Below are positions 1 through 8,755 of a stretch of DNA of 64,000 bases, one piece after another. The position numbers were made by a program, and so were the translations under genes. Each line of letters begins with the position of its first letter. The stretch's first letter is position 1. The notes below the pieces were generated by a model that saw only the letters and a list, made by a program, of their open reading frames with translations, was not told the DNA's origin and did not search any database. Source of the DNA: a virus; the IMG/VR virus record IMGVR_UViG_3300020221_000005, positions 39,352-103,351 of that record, one strand, 5' to 3'.

Positions 1-301
1 ATTTTTGCGTGGGTTGAATTGGAATGCTAAAGTTATTATTTCAGATGAGTCGCAGAACATGACTACTAAAGAATTGGTGACATTGGTAACCAGAGTTGGA
101 GAGTTCAGCAAATTATTTATATTAGGTGATCCGGATCAATCTGATATTGGAAACAAGAGTGGGTTTAAAAAAATGATTGAATTGTTTTCGGATGAAGATA
201 GTCGAGAAAACGGAGTATATACTTTTGAATTTACTGAGGATGACATTGTTAGGTCTAAACTGGTTAAATTTTTAATTAAAAAAATGAAAAAGATGGGTTA
301 A
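1..301 (+). CDS. phoH: PhoH-family ATPase, C-terminal part (gene starts before the window)
   Basis: (F/L)RG..., Walker B IISDESQN, LVTRVGEFSKLFILGDPDQSD and EDDIVRSKLV are the PhoH C-terminal motifs; the frame is open to the window edge. Confidence 0.92.
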   Translation, partial: FLRGLNWNAKVIISDESQNMTTKELVTLVTRVGEFSKLFILGDPDQSDIGNKSGFKKMIELFSDEDSRENGVYTFEFTEDDIVRSKLVKFLIKKMKKMG

Positions 302-322
302 AGACTATTTATCTTCTGATAT

Positions 323-2134
323 ATGTCTAATAAAAAAATTACTGAATTGACTCCAATGACGTCTGGAAGTCTTGATCCTCAGGACTTATTAGTGGTGGTA
401 GATAGAAGCTTCTCTGAGACCAAAAACATGAGCATACATGAGTTTTCTGGATATTTGTCCAAAAAAGTCATACCCGAAGAAGCCGTTCACGCATTAAATG
501 CGGAATCGGCTGAAATTTCTACTGTGTCAGAAAGAGCATTTATAGCAGACAGTGCTTTAACAGCAAACACCGCGTCTTTTTCTGATAAAGCGGAACTATC
601 TAGTGTGGCAGAGGTCGGCGGAACTCCTTTTAATTCGTTCCTCATACGTTCTTATACAACGCAAAACAGAGACGCTTTGCAGTTCACCACCAAAAACGGA
701 AGTATTATATATAATTCCGATACATCGGCATTTCAAGTGTTTGAAGGTGGTGTGTGGAAAAATTTAATAGTTAATTCTGCTGGAGATGGTAATTTTACCA
801 ATTTAACGGCGAGCAACATTCTTGCAATCAGTGCAATCAGTGGCAGTACGTTGCATGGCACCACATCGATCACGTCGCCGATAGGCAACTTCACCAACCT
901 TACATCGAACAATCTTACAGCGAACAATATTACATCTCCAACCGAAGCCTACGAAGCACGTATTGGAAATCCAAACCAAATAGCTCAGTTTCTTTATAGA
1001 AAAAATCAACCAAATTTTCTTAATGATAATCAAATAAATGCACTTGATTACTCATATGCGTCAGTTGTAATAGCAGCAACTGGCTCTGAAAATCTTGGAG
1101 GATTAAATATGGCGTTGGCAATTGGCGGAACCAGACGTGCAAAAAACGTGTTTCAGACAACCGGCGAATTAGGATTTCACATATTTGATAAAGCTGATCA
1201 AAAATTATCACAAAGCTTGATTGCATCTATAGGAGCATTTGCCGAATCTACTGCTAGTGGAGACAGAGGTGGAAATTTGGCATTTTTTACGGTAAAATCT
1301 GGATCCAATAACAATTCTCCAAAAGAAGCAAGAGTCGTAATTACACATGATGGAAAATTTGGAGTGGGAATAGTTCCAACAGCGTCAATGGGCGTGTGCA
1401 CAATAAGAGGAGACTCGTCCGTATTTAATGTTTTATCCAGCAGTGTGTTACACGTAATTAAACATGATGCGGAGTTGGGATTTGACGCGGGAATTTATAT
1501 CTCGTCAAATCCCCATAATCAAAACGCAGGAAGAGGTGGAGGTATTACATTTCAAAATTCCGATGTTTGTACTGCAGGTATTTATGGTTTAAGAACCTGC
1601 GGGCAGACGGGTGGACCTACCAATTGTTGGGGTAGCGCATTATCATTTTACACACATAATGACGTGGACTATAACGTATTTAACAGTACATTTACTGAAA
1701 AGATGCGTATCAATCATAAGGGTGATGTTAATATTCATAGTGGAAGTCTCAATGTCAATAGTGGAAGTCTCAATGTTAATGGTCAAATTGCAGGAAAATT
1801 TTTCACCTTGCCTGGTACGTTTGGCAATGCAAGCGTAACAACCGCTTCAGTTACAGCTTCTACTAATAGTGTGTTACAAATGACTGTAAGCGGCACATTT
1901 GCTATAATGATAACTTCTTCTGCGATTCCTTCGGCTGGCTCAAATTTTACTTTAATTTTAAACCATACTAGTCCTGGTTATACTGGAGCAATTACATTTT
2001 CGGCAGGTCAATTTGCTACCGGCAGTAACTACGTTCCTACGTCAACTTTAGTCAGACGTTCTGTTTTTGTTTTCGTTTCTGATGGATCCAAGCTTCTTGA
2101 ATGTTCTAGAAATACGGGTATTACTTCTTCCTGA
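323..2134 (+). CDS. tail fibre/appendage-like virion protein
   Basis: N-terminal KKITELT...DLLVVVD typical of phage fibre proteins; A-x-x-A repeats, GSIIYNSD...FQVFEGGVW shoulder motif, EKMRINHKGDV beta-spiral repeats; late motif TATTTATC at 306. Confidence 0.65.
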   Translation: MSNKKITELTPMTSGSLDPQDLLVVVDRSFSETKNMSIHEFSGYLSKKVIPEEAVHALNAESAEISTVSERAFIADSALTANTASFSDKAELSSVAEVGGTPFNSFLIRSYTTQNRDALQFTTKNGSIIYNSDTSAFQVFEGGVWKNLIVNSAGDGNFTNLTASNILAISAISGSTLHGTTSITSPIGNFTNLTSNNLTANNITSPTEAYEARIGNPNQIAQFLYRKNQPNFLNDNQINALDYSYASVVIAATGSENLGGLNMALAIGGTRRAKNVFQTTGELGFHIFDKADQKLSQSLIASIGAFAESTASGDRGGNLAFFTVKSGSNNNSPKEARVVITHDGKFGVGIVPTASMGVCTIRGDSSVFNVLSSSVLHVIKHDAELGFDAGIYISSNPHNQNAGRGGGITFQNSDVCTAGIYGLRTCGQTGGPTNCWGSALSFYTHNDVDYNVFNSTFTEKMRINHKGDVNIHSGSLNVNSGSLNVNGQIAGKFFTLPGTFGNASVTTASVTASTNSVLQMTVSGTFAIMITSSAIPSAGSNFTLILNHTSPGYTGAITFSAGQFATGSNYVPTSTLVRRSVFVFVSDGSKLLECSRNTGITSS

Positions 2135-2156
2135 TTAAGTCTTGATAATAATTTGT

Positions 2157-2303
2157 ATGGATTCTAACAATAAAAGTATAGATGATCTTTTAGAAGAAAT
2201 TTTAAAAATTTCATTTGAGAAGGCAAAGAATGGAGACGTTGATTTTGCTAAAATTAATGAGTTGGCGTATATTATAAAGAAAAAGTTATTGTATTTAAAA
2301 TAA
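2157..2303 (+). CDS. small hypothetical protein (48 aa, MDSNNKSIDDLLEEILKISFEKAK...), not in the ORF track
   Basis: ATG 2157 to TAA 2303 fills the gap between two genes; amphipathic helical composition. Confidence 0.6.
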   Translation: MDSNNKSIDDLLEEILKISFEKAKNGDVDFAKINELAYIIKKKLLYLK

Positions 2304-2304
2304 G

Positions 2305-2332
2305 TTGAATAGTTATTGAATTGAGTTAATAT
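2305..2332 (+). promoter_or_regulatory. sigma70-like early promoter of the HD gene
   Basis: TTGAAT(2305-2310)-N16-TAATAT(2327-2332), 6 nt before ATG 2339; same geometry at 30878 and 57996. Confidence 0.55.
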
Positions 2333-2338
2333 GGGCGG

Positions 2339-3001
2339 ATGAAAGAATATACTGAGGTTGAATTACAAACAAACTACGAAAATTTTTTATCTTTAATAAA
2401 GTCTTTATTTTCGGGAGAGAGACTTGAAAGGTTGTTATATTTATACGATGAAGATCAGTTTGGATTGCGTTTGATTACCGCGCCGGCTTCTTCAAAGTTA
2501 CATTTTCACAATGCATATATTGGTGGTTATTTGGATCATATTAATAATGTATATCGGGCGTCTTTGGGGGTAAAGAAGTTGTGGGAAGTGATGGGGGCTA
2601 CGATAGATTTTACGGATGAGGAGTTGGCGTTTTCGGCGTTGCATCACGATTTAGGAAAGTTGGGTGACAAGCAGCAGGGAGAGTATTATTTGCCACAGGA
2701 TAACGATTGGTATATTAAAAATCGTGGTGAGGCATTTAAATTTAATTCAAATTTGCAATATATGGATGTTGCGGATAGGGCGTTATATATTTTGCAGCAA
2801 TATCAAATTAAGTGTAGTTGGAGAGAAACTTTGGCTATAAAGTTGTCGGATGGTTTATATAATGAGGCGAACACTTCTTATTTAAAGAATTACAATAATG
2901 ATCATGATTTAAAAAGCAATCTTCCTAGAATTATTCACCATGCGGATTATTTGGCGTGTAGGGTTGAATATGACGCGTGGAATTCTGTTAAAAATTCTTG
3001 A
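2339..3001 (+). CDS. HD-domain metal-dependent phosphohydrolase (YhaM-like)
   Basis: HNAYIGGYLDH, ALHHDLGK and IHHADY motifs. Confidence 0.85.
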   Translation: MKEYTEVELQTNYENFLSLIKSLFSGERLERLLYLYDEDQFGLRLITAPASSKLHFHNAYIGGYLDHINNVYRASLGVKKLWEVMGATIDFTDEELAFSALHHDLGKLGDKQQGEYYLPQDNDWYIKNRGEAFKFNSNLQYMDVADRALYILQQYQIKCSWRETLAIKLSDGLYNEANTSYLKNYNNDHDLKSNLPRIIHHADYLACRVEYDAWNSVKNS

Positions 3002-3099
3002 TATAATATTATTTTGGTATATATGTATATATGTCAACACCTATGTTGGGTTGGCACAGATGTATATCCATGTGGAGTACATAAATAGAAAGATAAAAT

Positions 3100-3579
3100 A
3101 TGAATATTATAAAAAACAATCCGTTATTTCGTTACACATCTCGCGATGAATTTTTGACACCCTTTGATAAAATCTTTGATGATTTTTATAAAGCTACTTC
3201 TCCGAATTTTGGCAAGGAATTTGGGGTAGATTTTTTTGAAAAGGGTGCATATCCTAAGATAAATGTGACCGAGTACGAAAATTTGGTGATTATAGAGGCT
3301 GGTATTCCTGGTTTGACTAAAGCTGATATTAATGTGGAGATAGAAACGGGAGTGTTAACTATTACAGGAAATAAAGTTTCAAAAAATAACACAAACGATG
3401 TAATATGTAATTCGTATCGTGAATTAAAGCATAGTAGTTTTGTTCGTAGTTTTAGTTTGAGTGAAAATATTGATACTGATACAGTTGATGCGAAAGTTGA
3501 AAATGGGTTATTAACTATTGTGTTAAAAAAGTTAAAACCGACTAATATTTCCAACAAGAAAAAGGTTAATATTAGTTAA
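3100..3579 (+). CDS. hsp20: small heat-shock protein (Hsp20/alpha-crystallin)
   Basis: YPKINVTE, IEAGIPGLTKADINVEI, FVRSFSLSENID, AKVENGLLTIVL. Confidence 0.93.
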   Translation: MNIIKNNPLFRYTSRDEFLTPFDKIFDDFYKATSPNFGKEFGVDFFEKGAYPKINVTEYENLVIIEAGIPGLTKADINVEIETGVLTITGNKVSKNNTNDVICNSYRELKHSSFVRSFSLSENIDTDTVDAKVENGLLTIVLKKLKPTNISNKKKVNIS

Positions 3580-3603
3580 AAATAAAGGTTATATTTGACC
3601 TTT

Positions 3604-3631
3604 AACCCTCGATCAAATCGAGGGTTTTTTT
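3604..3631 (+). terminator. intrinsic terminator after hsp20
   Basis: AACCCTCGAT-CAA-ATCGAGGGTT perfect stem followed by a T run. Confidence 0.85.
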
Positions 3632-3653
3632 ATTTTTACACTATTTATAAAAT

Positions 3654-4454
3654 ATGAATAAGTTTAATTTTAAAAATTTGGTAGGAATTACTTCATTATT
3701 TATTGCTGCGTGTGCGGCATATTTTTCTATAATTGGAATTGCGATGTTATTTTCTGGTTCTAAACAATCGGCTATAATCATGGCATTTTCGTTAGAGTTA
3801 GGTAAATTAGTAGCGACGAGTTATTTATTTAGATATTGGCAAGACACACGCCGGCTTTTAAAGTTTTATTTAACACTGAGTGTTATTGTATTAATGTTTA
3901 TAACGTCATTGGGTATCTTTGGTTATTTAAGTGCATCGTATCAACGGTCTTCGTTGGCAGATAAGGCTAACGAGGAAAAAATTCAAATATATGAATCTAA
4001 GAAAACCTCATATGTTGATAAAATTTCACAATCGAAATCGAGAATAAAAAGTCTTGAAGATTTGCGGATCTCACAGGAACGTAGATTGAGTGAGGCGATG
4101 ACGAATATATTTATAGCTAGAAATCCTATTCAGCTACAGGAGATACAGTCTCAAACGGTGGAGTTAATTTCTAGCAACGAAAAAAGTATTGAGGGAGAAA
4201 ACAAAAAAATTCAAGATGCCAACGATGAAATTTTTAAGTTAAATGAGACTATTAATCAGTTTAAATTATCGGGAAGAGAACAAAGTGATATAATTACCTT
4301 TAAATTTGTGGCAGATGAATTTAATTTAACGATGGATAGAGTAGTAAAGTGGTTTATTTCTATATTAATATCAGTTTTTGATCCGTTGGCTATTTGTTTG
4401 TTATTGGCGTATAACAACATTATATTTTTGGAAGACAAAAAAAAAATAATATAG
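3654..4454 (+). CDS. membrane protein with three N-terminal TM segments, a coiled coil and a C-terminal TM segment
   Basis: Hydrophobic segments, LELGKLV and ITSLGIFGYLS motifs, heptad-rich middle, VFDPLAICLLLA; late motif at 3642. Confidence 0.75.
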   Translation: MNKFNFKNLVGITSLFIAACAAYFSIIGIAMLFSGSKQSAIIMAFSLELGKLVATSYLFRYWQDTRRLLKFYLTLSVIVLMFITSLGIFGYLSASYQRSSLADKANEEKIQIYESKKTSYVDKISQSKSRIKSLEDLRISQERRLSEAMTNIFIARNPIQLQEIQSQTVELISSNEKSIEGENKKIQDANDEIFKLNETINQFKLSGREQSDIITFKFVADEFNLTMDRVVKWFISILISVFDPLAICLLLAYNNIIFLEDKKKII

Positions 4455-4616
4455 TTGGAGAGAAAATTATTGACAATAAAAGTTTACATAATACTGTAGG
4501 AAGAAATCTGAATGCGTCTAATGCTAAATATAAAAACGTTAGAAAGCATGATATTTTTTCTAGATTGTTTAGAAATAATTGATTTTGGAAAAAGATTTTA
4601 ATATATAGTTTATATT

Positions 4617-4754
4617 ATGGGTGATGAAAATATAACTGAGGTTTTAAGATTATTAAAGAAATCAATCAAAACAAAAGATTGGGAGTATGTTTTGGAGTCG
4701 ATAGACTATCTAGAAGAATATGTCGAAGACGATTCAGACGATGAAAAATACTAA
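4617..4754 (+). CDS. small acidic hypothetical protein (45 aa, MGDENITEVLRLLKKSIKTKDWEYVLESIDYLEE...), not in the ORF track
   Basis: ATG 4617 to TAA 4754, 5 nt before the next ATG. Confidence 0.65.
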   Translation: MGDENITEVLRLLKKSIKTKDWEYVLESIDYLEEYVEDDSDDEKY

Positions 4755-4759
4755 TTTAA

Positions 4760-5041
4760 ATGGATCATATTTTACTTATATTGTTTATAATTTCTTTAAT
4801 TGGAAATATTATATTATTTAAGTTATTTCGTATAAATTTAACTAAAGTGGATATTTACGAAGCTTGGATTTTAGGATATAAAAATCAAATTGAAGAAACG
4901 TATCAGGCGTTAAAATTTGTAGATGAAAAACAAATATTTGAAAAAGATGATGAAGTTGGTTTTGTATTTTCTGACATATTGAAAATTATCAAAGATTTAA
5001 GGACTAAAATTTATGAAGAAGAAACTACTAAAGAAGAATAA
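4760..5041 (+). CDS. small membrane-anchored hypothetical protein
   Basis: N-terminal TM helix and FEKDDEVGFVF motif; operon spacing. Confidence 0.7.
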   Translation: MDHILLILFIISLIGNIILFKLFRINLTKVDIYEAWILGYKNQIEETYQALKFVDEKQIFEKDDEVGFVFSDILKIIKDLRTKIYEEETTKEE

Positions 5042-5876
5042 AATGCGAAAAGTGCGTAAAATAAGTAAACCCAAGTCTTTTTTAAAATCAAAAAAGTTTT
5101 TTAAAAAACAAAATAAAATAAAAAAAATTAAGGTGATAAATATAACCGACTCAGTTAGTTCTAACAATATTAAGCCGGTCGAAGTTGTTAGAAAACGTTC
5201 AGGAAAAGGAAAAATGTATTTTACAAAAGAAACTGAGGATGCAATTATTTCTTACAACAACGAGGTTGACGATCTTATAAAAAATCAAATTTTTGAGACT
5301 AAGATAAAATTTGCTTTGGAAAAATTGGTAGAGAATATATTTAATACTTTTAAATTTACGTATTTTGATGTAGGTCCGTTAGAAGTACAAAAAGAAACTT
5401 TATCTCATCTTGTAGCAAATCTGCATAAGTATGAATCTGGAAAAGGAAAAGCTTTTGCATATTTTAGTATAATAGCAAAAAACTATTTAATTTTTCATAA
5501 TAATACCAATTACAAGCGATATAATCAACATGTAGATATTAGCGAAGAAAATGAAGAAAACACGGTAAGATTACAATCTGAAGATTCTCACTATAAAAAT
5601 GTAGAGACACAACAGTTTATAAAGATGATGGTAGAATATTGGGAAAAAAATTTAAATGATATTTTTTCTAAAAAAAGAGATTTGAAAATTGCGGAAGCCG
5701 TTGTGGAGTTATTTAGAAATAGTGATCGAATAGATTATTTCAATAAAAAAGCATTATATCTTTATATTAGAGAAATTTCTTCTTGCAAAACGCAGCAGAT
5801 AACCAAAGTAATTAATAAAATGAAAGAGTATCAAGATAAAATAACGAGGTTATATATGGAACATGGAAAAATTTGA
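5013..5876 (+). CDS. late-transcription sigma factor (T4 gp55-like)
   Basis: MYFTKETEDAI, EKLVENIFNTFKF and LHKYESGKGKAFAYFSIIAKNYLI resemble sigma region 2 / gp55 (KSxNPFAYFT); extra Lys-rich N-terminus. Confidence 0.7.
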   Translation: MKKKLLKKNKMRKVRKISKPKSFLKSKKFFKKQNKIKKIKVINITDSVSSNNIKPVEVVRKRSGKGKMYFTKETEDAIISYNNEVDDLIKNQIFETKIKFALEKLVENIFNTFKFTYFDVGPLEVQKETLSHLVANLHKYESGKGKAFAYFSIIAKNYLIFHNNTNYKRYNQHVDISEENEENTVRLQSEDSHYKNVETQQFIKMMVEYWEKNLNDIFSKKRDLKIAEAVVELFRNSDRIDYFNKKALYLYIREISSCKTQQITKVINKMKEYQDKITRLYMEHGKI

Positions 5877-6591
5877 TAATAAGTATTACGCTTATCAACT
5901 TGTCGATTCTTCTGACGGCAAGACTTTTTATGTTGGTAAAGGTTGTAAGAACCGAATGTATAAACATGAAAAGGATGTTAGATTAGGAAAAATTCCCAAT
6001 AAAACAAATTATAAATTATATTATAAAATAAAAAAATTAATTGACGAAAACATTCCTATATTGTACGAAAAATTAACCGAAAATGTTAATGAGTTAGAAG
6101 CTTTAGCCTTAGAATCTGCATTTATAGAATATTATGGAATAGAGAATTTATGTAATTATTTCAAAAGTTGGTCAGGAAAATCTTTCAGAAGCGAACAGAC
6201 TAGAAAAAAACAAAGTTTGGCGAATAAAGGACCAAACTCTTATATGTATGGCAAACCCAAAACGGCGGATCAAACTTTAAAAAATAAAATTGCTCACTTG
6301 GGAAAGAATAACTATAGATATATACATAAAAAGTATACATTTTATAATAAAAATCTTGATATATTAGAGACTTTAACTCCTTACGATTTTAGAAAAAAAT
6401 ATAACATAGATAGTGGCGGGTTACATTTATTTTTGAAAGGAAAACGTTTTTCTATAAAAGGCTGGACGTTAGGAATTCCACTGGAAGATATTGAAAAAAA
6501 CCGAAGATCCAAAATAAGTAAAAAATTAAAAGGAAAGGCTAAAACTATAACCCACCGTAAAAACTTATGGAAAAATCGAAAAAAAACTTGA
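5863..6591 (+). CDS. free-standing GIY-YIG homing endonuclease with NUMOD3-like DNA-binding repeats
   Basis: YYAYQLVD...FYVGKGCKNRMYKH...EALALESAFI...LCN (GIY-YIG/LEM-3 type); SEQTRKKQSLANKGPNSYMYGK NUMOD3-like; overlaps the sigma gene stop. Confidence 0.85.
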   Translation: MEKFDNKYYAYQLVDSSDGKTFYVGKGCKNRMYKHEKDVRLGKIPNKTNYKLYYKIKKLIDENIPILYEKLTENVNELEALALESAFIEYYGIENLCNYFKSWSGKSFRSEQTRKKQSLANKGPNSYMYGKPKTADQTLKNKIAHLGKNNYRYIHKKYTFYNKNLDILETLTPYDFRKKYNIDSGGLHLFLKGKRFSIKGWTLGIPLEDIEKNRRSKISKKLKGKAKTITHRKNLWKNRKKT

Positions 6592-6615
6592 TAATGTGAT
6601 ATATTTATAAACATC

Positions 6616-6990
6616 ATGGATTTACAAGATATTGAAATATATAAAGGAAAGTCATTTTCTTCTTTATGTAAAGAGATTGTGGTTAATCAAAACGAAAAAA
6701 AGGACCAGTTAGACGTATTAATTAGCGAACTGCGGGCTTTAATTAAGACGGTTAATGATGCTATGATTATAGTTCCTTTAATTAAGGACTATATGGATGT
6801 GGGTGTAAAAAATGACGAACAGTTAGTTAAACTGGCGGCAGTTATTCAAAGAATATTATTAAGGCAAAATGAAAGTGGCGATGGATCAGTAGCCATGATA
6901 ACTGATGCAGAAAGAGAAGAATTAATGCGAGAAGTGGAAAATATTAAAGCCGGACATAATAGTTCTATAAAAATTAAGGATATATCATGA
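6616..6990 (+). CDS. hypothetical helical phage protein
   Basis: Clean ORF behind late motif TATTTATA (6602); ATGA overlap with the next gene. Confidence 0.75.
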   Translation: MDLQDIEIYKGKSFSSLCKEIVVNQNEKKDQLDVLISELRALIKTVNDAMIIVPLIKDYMDVGVKNDEQLVKLAAVIQRILLRQNESGDGSVAMITDAEREELMREVENIKAGHNSSIKIKDIS

Positions 6991-8750
6991 GTTATACTGT
7001 AAATAATAACGTAGTTAATACGGCAAACGAAGATTATAACTTATTGTATACTCGTAGAGATGCTAAAAATCTTGTTGAAAATGTTTTTAGTTATCAGTTT
7101 GAACCGGGTTTGGTATTAGATGTTCTTTTAAACGATTCTCATCCCAAGTTTAAAAATGAAAAAATGGGAAAAATGAACGATCCACAAGATCGTCCTATTA
7201 ATTATAATGGAGAAGAAGCAAAAACTACAGATAACTCTTATTTTGTTATTGGCAGCGTTTTAGTAAGATTGTGTTATTCTCAACAAAAAAAAGATCAATC
7301 TGAATTAATTTGGGCCTGTCCGTTAGACAATTCATTTTCTACATTTCCACTTCTAAATGAAATAGTACACGTCGTAAAAATATTTGACACTTATTATTAT
7401 ACTAATAAAGTAAATACTAGAAATTTTTCTAATACATCTGCGGATTTTAGATATGAACAAACTTACGGAAAAAGATCTAGAAATACGTCTTACGAAGAAG
7501 TGACGTTAACCGGACCAGAATCAAAGCTAGATTCTACTAAAAATTCTAATCAGAACAGTTTTAACGGAATTTTAGGTAATTATTTTTGGTTTAATTCAAG
7601 AATAAGAAATTTAAGAAGATTCGAGGGTGACAGTGTATTTGAAAGTAGATTTGGACAAAGCATCAGGATGGGATCTTATGATGATAACAGAAGCAATGAC
7701 AAGGGAAACTATACTGATTACAAAAGTGGTAAAGATACACATGGTGGCGGAAATCCGATGATATTAATCCGAAATCGTCAACGTCCATTAACGCAAGATA
7801 AAAAACAGACGTTGCATCCACTTTTAAATACCATATCGGATATTTCTTCTTCATTAAATGAAAAAAATGTGGGCGGATACATGATTGAAGATATTAATAA
7901 CGATGGTTCATCAATTCATATAACTAGCGGACTTACTGTTTCAAAGTTTAGAACCACTTGTTATAAAAAATATTTTTCAACAGATAAACAAGAAGAACAG
8001 TTAAAGTTTATTCCGTCGGAAGCTACAAAATTTAAAACTCCGGTCTTTAATAAAGATCAAATTGTGATTCATAGTGATAGATTAATTTTTGCTTCTAGGT
8101 TTAACGAAACCATGCATTTTTCAAAGAAAAGATATATGATAACCACGGATAGTGAATACACCGTGGACGCGCACGATCAAATTGTATTGACTACAAATCA
8201 AAAAACTGTGATAAATTCGCCCGCGATTTATTTAGGCGAATATAATAATACCAATGAACCAGCGTTATTAGGTCAAACAACGGTGGATTGGTTATATGAT
8301 TTATGTTGTTGGTTAGAAGAACACGTTCATCACTATGAACATTCGCATTCTCATTCTGGTGAAGCGTCTCCATCAGACACTCAAGTTCCTGTTCAATTAA
8401 CAGAACTCCGTGCGTTGCGTGATCGATTACATACCTGTTTAAGCCGAAGAGTATTTTTAACAGGAGGTGGATATGCGACAGGAGCAAATGGAAAGTCTAT
8501 AACCGATGGAGTAAATCCTGTTTCAATAGAAAATATTGACAGTGAGATCGGGGTTTCAGGAATTCCTGGCGGTTGGACAGGTCGTAGCAGAAGATTAGAT
8601 GCTGTATTTGATGACGAAACTGTGAGTGCAGCAGAATCTCAAATAGAGTCTTCTATGAACGATATATTAGAGGAATTTGGAGAGACATTATCTCCTGCCG
8701 AATTGACCGTTTTATTGTCTGACGTAATAGATCAATCTTTAGCAGAATAA
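6987..8750 (+). CDS. baseplate hub/central spike protein (gp5/VgrG-like)
   Basis: FPLLNEIV OB-fold-like segment, FEGDSVFESRFGQSIRMG, beta-helix-like C-terminus, LGQTTVDWL, His-rich tip HVHHYEHSHSH; upstream of gp25/gp6. Confidence 0.65.
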   Translation: MSYTVNNNVVNTANEDYNLLYTRRDAKNLVENVFSYQFEPGLVLDVLLNDSHPKFKNEKMGKMNDPQDRPINYNGEEAKTTDNSYFVIGSVLVRLCYSQQKKDQSELIWACPLDNSFSTFPLLNEIVHVVKIFDTYYYTNKVNTRNFSNTSADFRYEQTYGKRSRNTSYEEVTLTGPESKLDSTKNSNQNSFNGILGNYFWFNSRIRNLRRFEGDSVFESRFGQSIRMGSYDDNRSNDKGNYTDYKSGKDTHGGGNPMILIRNRQRPLTQDKKQTLHPLLNTISDISSSLNEKNVGGYMIEDINNDGSSIHITSGLTVSKFRTTCYKKYFSTDKQEEQLKFIPSEATKFKTPVFNKDQIVIHSDRLIFASRFNETMHFSKKRYMITTDSEYTVDAHDQIVLTTNQKTVINSPAIYLGEYNNTNEPALLGQTTVDWLYDLCCWLEEHVHHYEHSHSHSGEASPSDTQVPVQLTELRALRDRLHTCLSRRVFLTGGGYATGANGKSITDGVNPVSIENIDSEIGVSGIPGGWTGRSRRLDAVFDDETVSAAESQIESSMNDILEEFGETLSPAELTVLLSDVIDQSLAE

Positions 8751-8755
8751 AAAAT

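Noticed and set aside
3051-3085. CIRCE or sigma54 site upstream of hsp20 (TTGGCAC...)
   Set aside because: Neither the N9-spaced CIRCE second half-site nor the TTGC -12 element is present.
4470-4495. TTGACA as a sigma70 -35 box
   Set aside because: No -10 hexamer at 16-18 nt spacing, and it lies in the probable frameshift extension.
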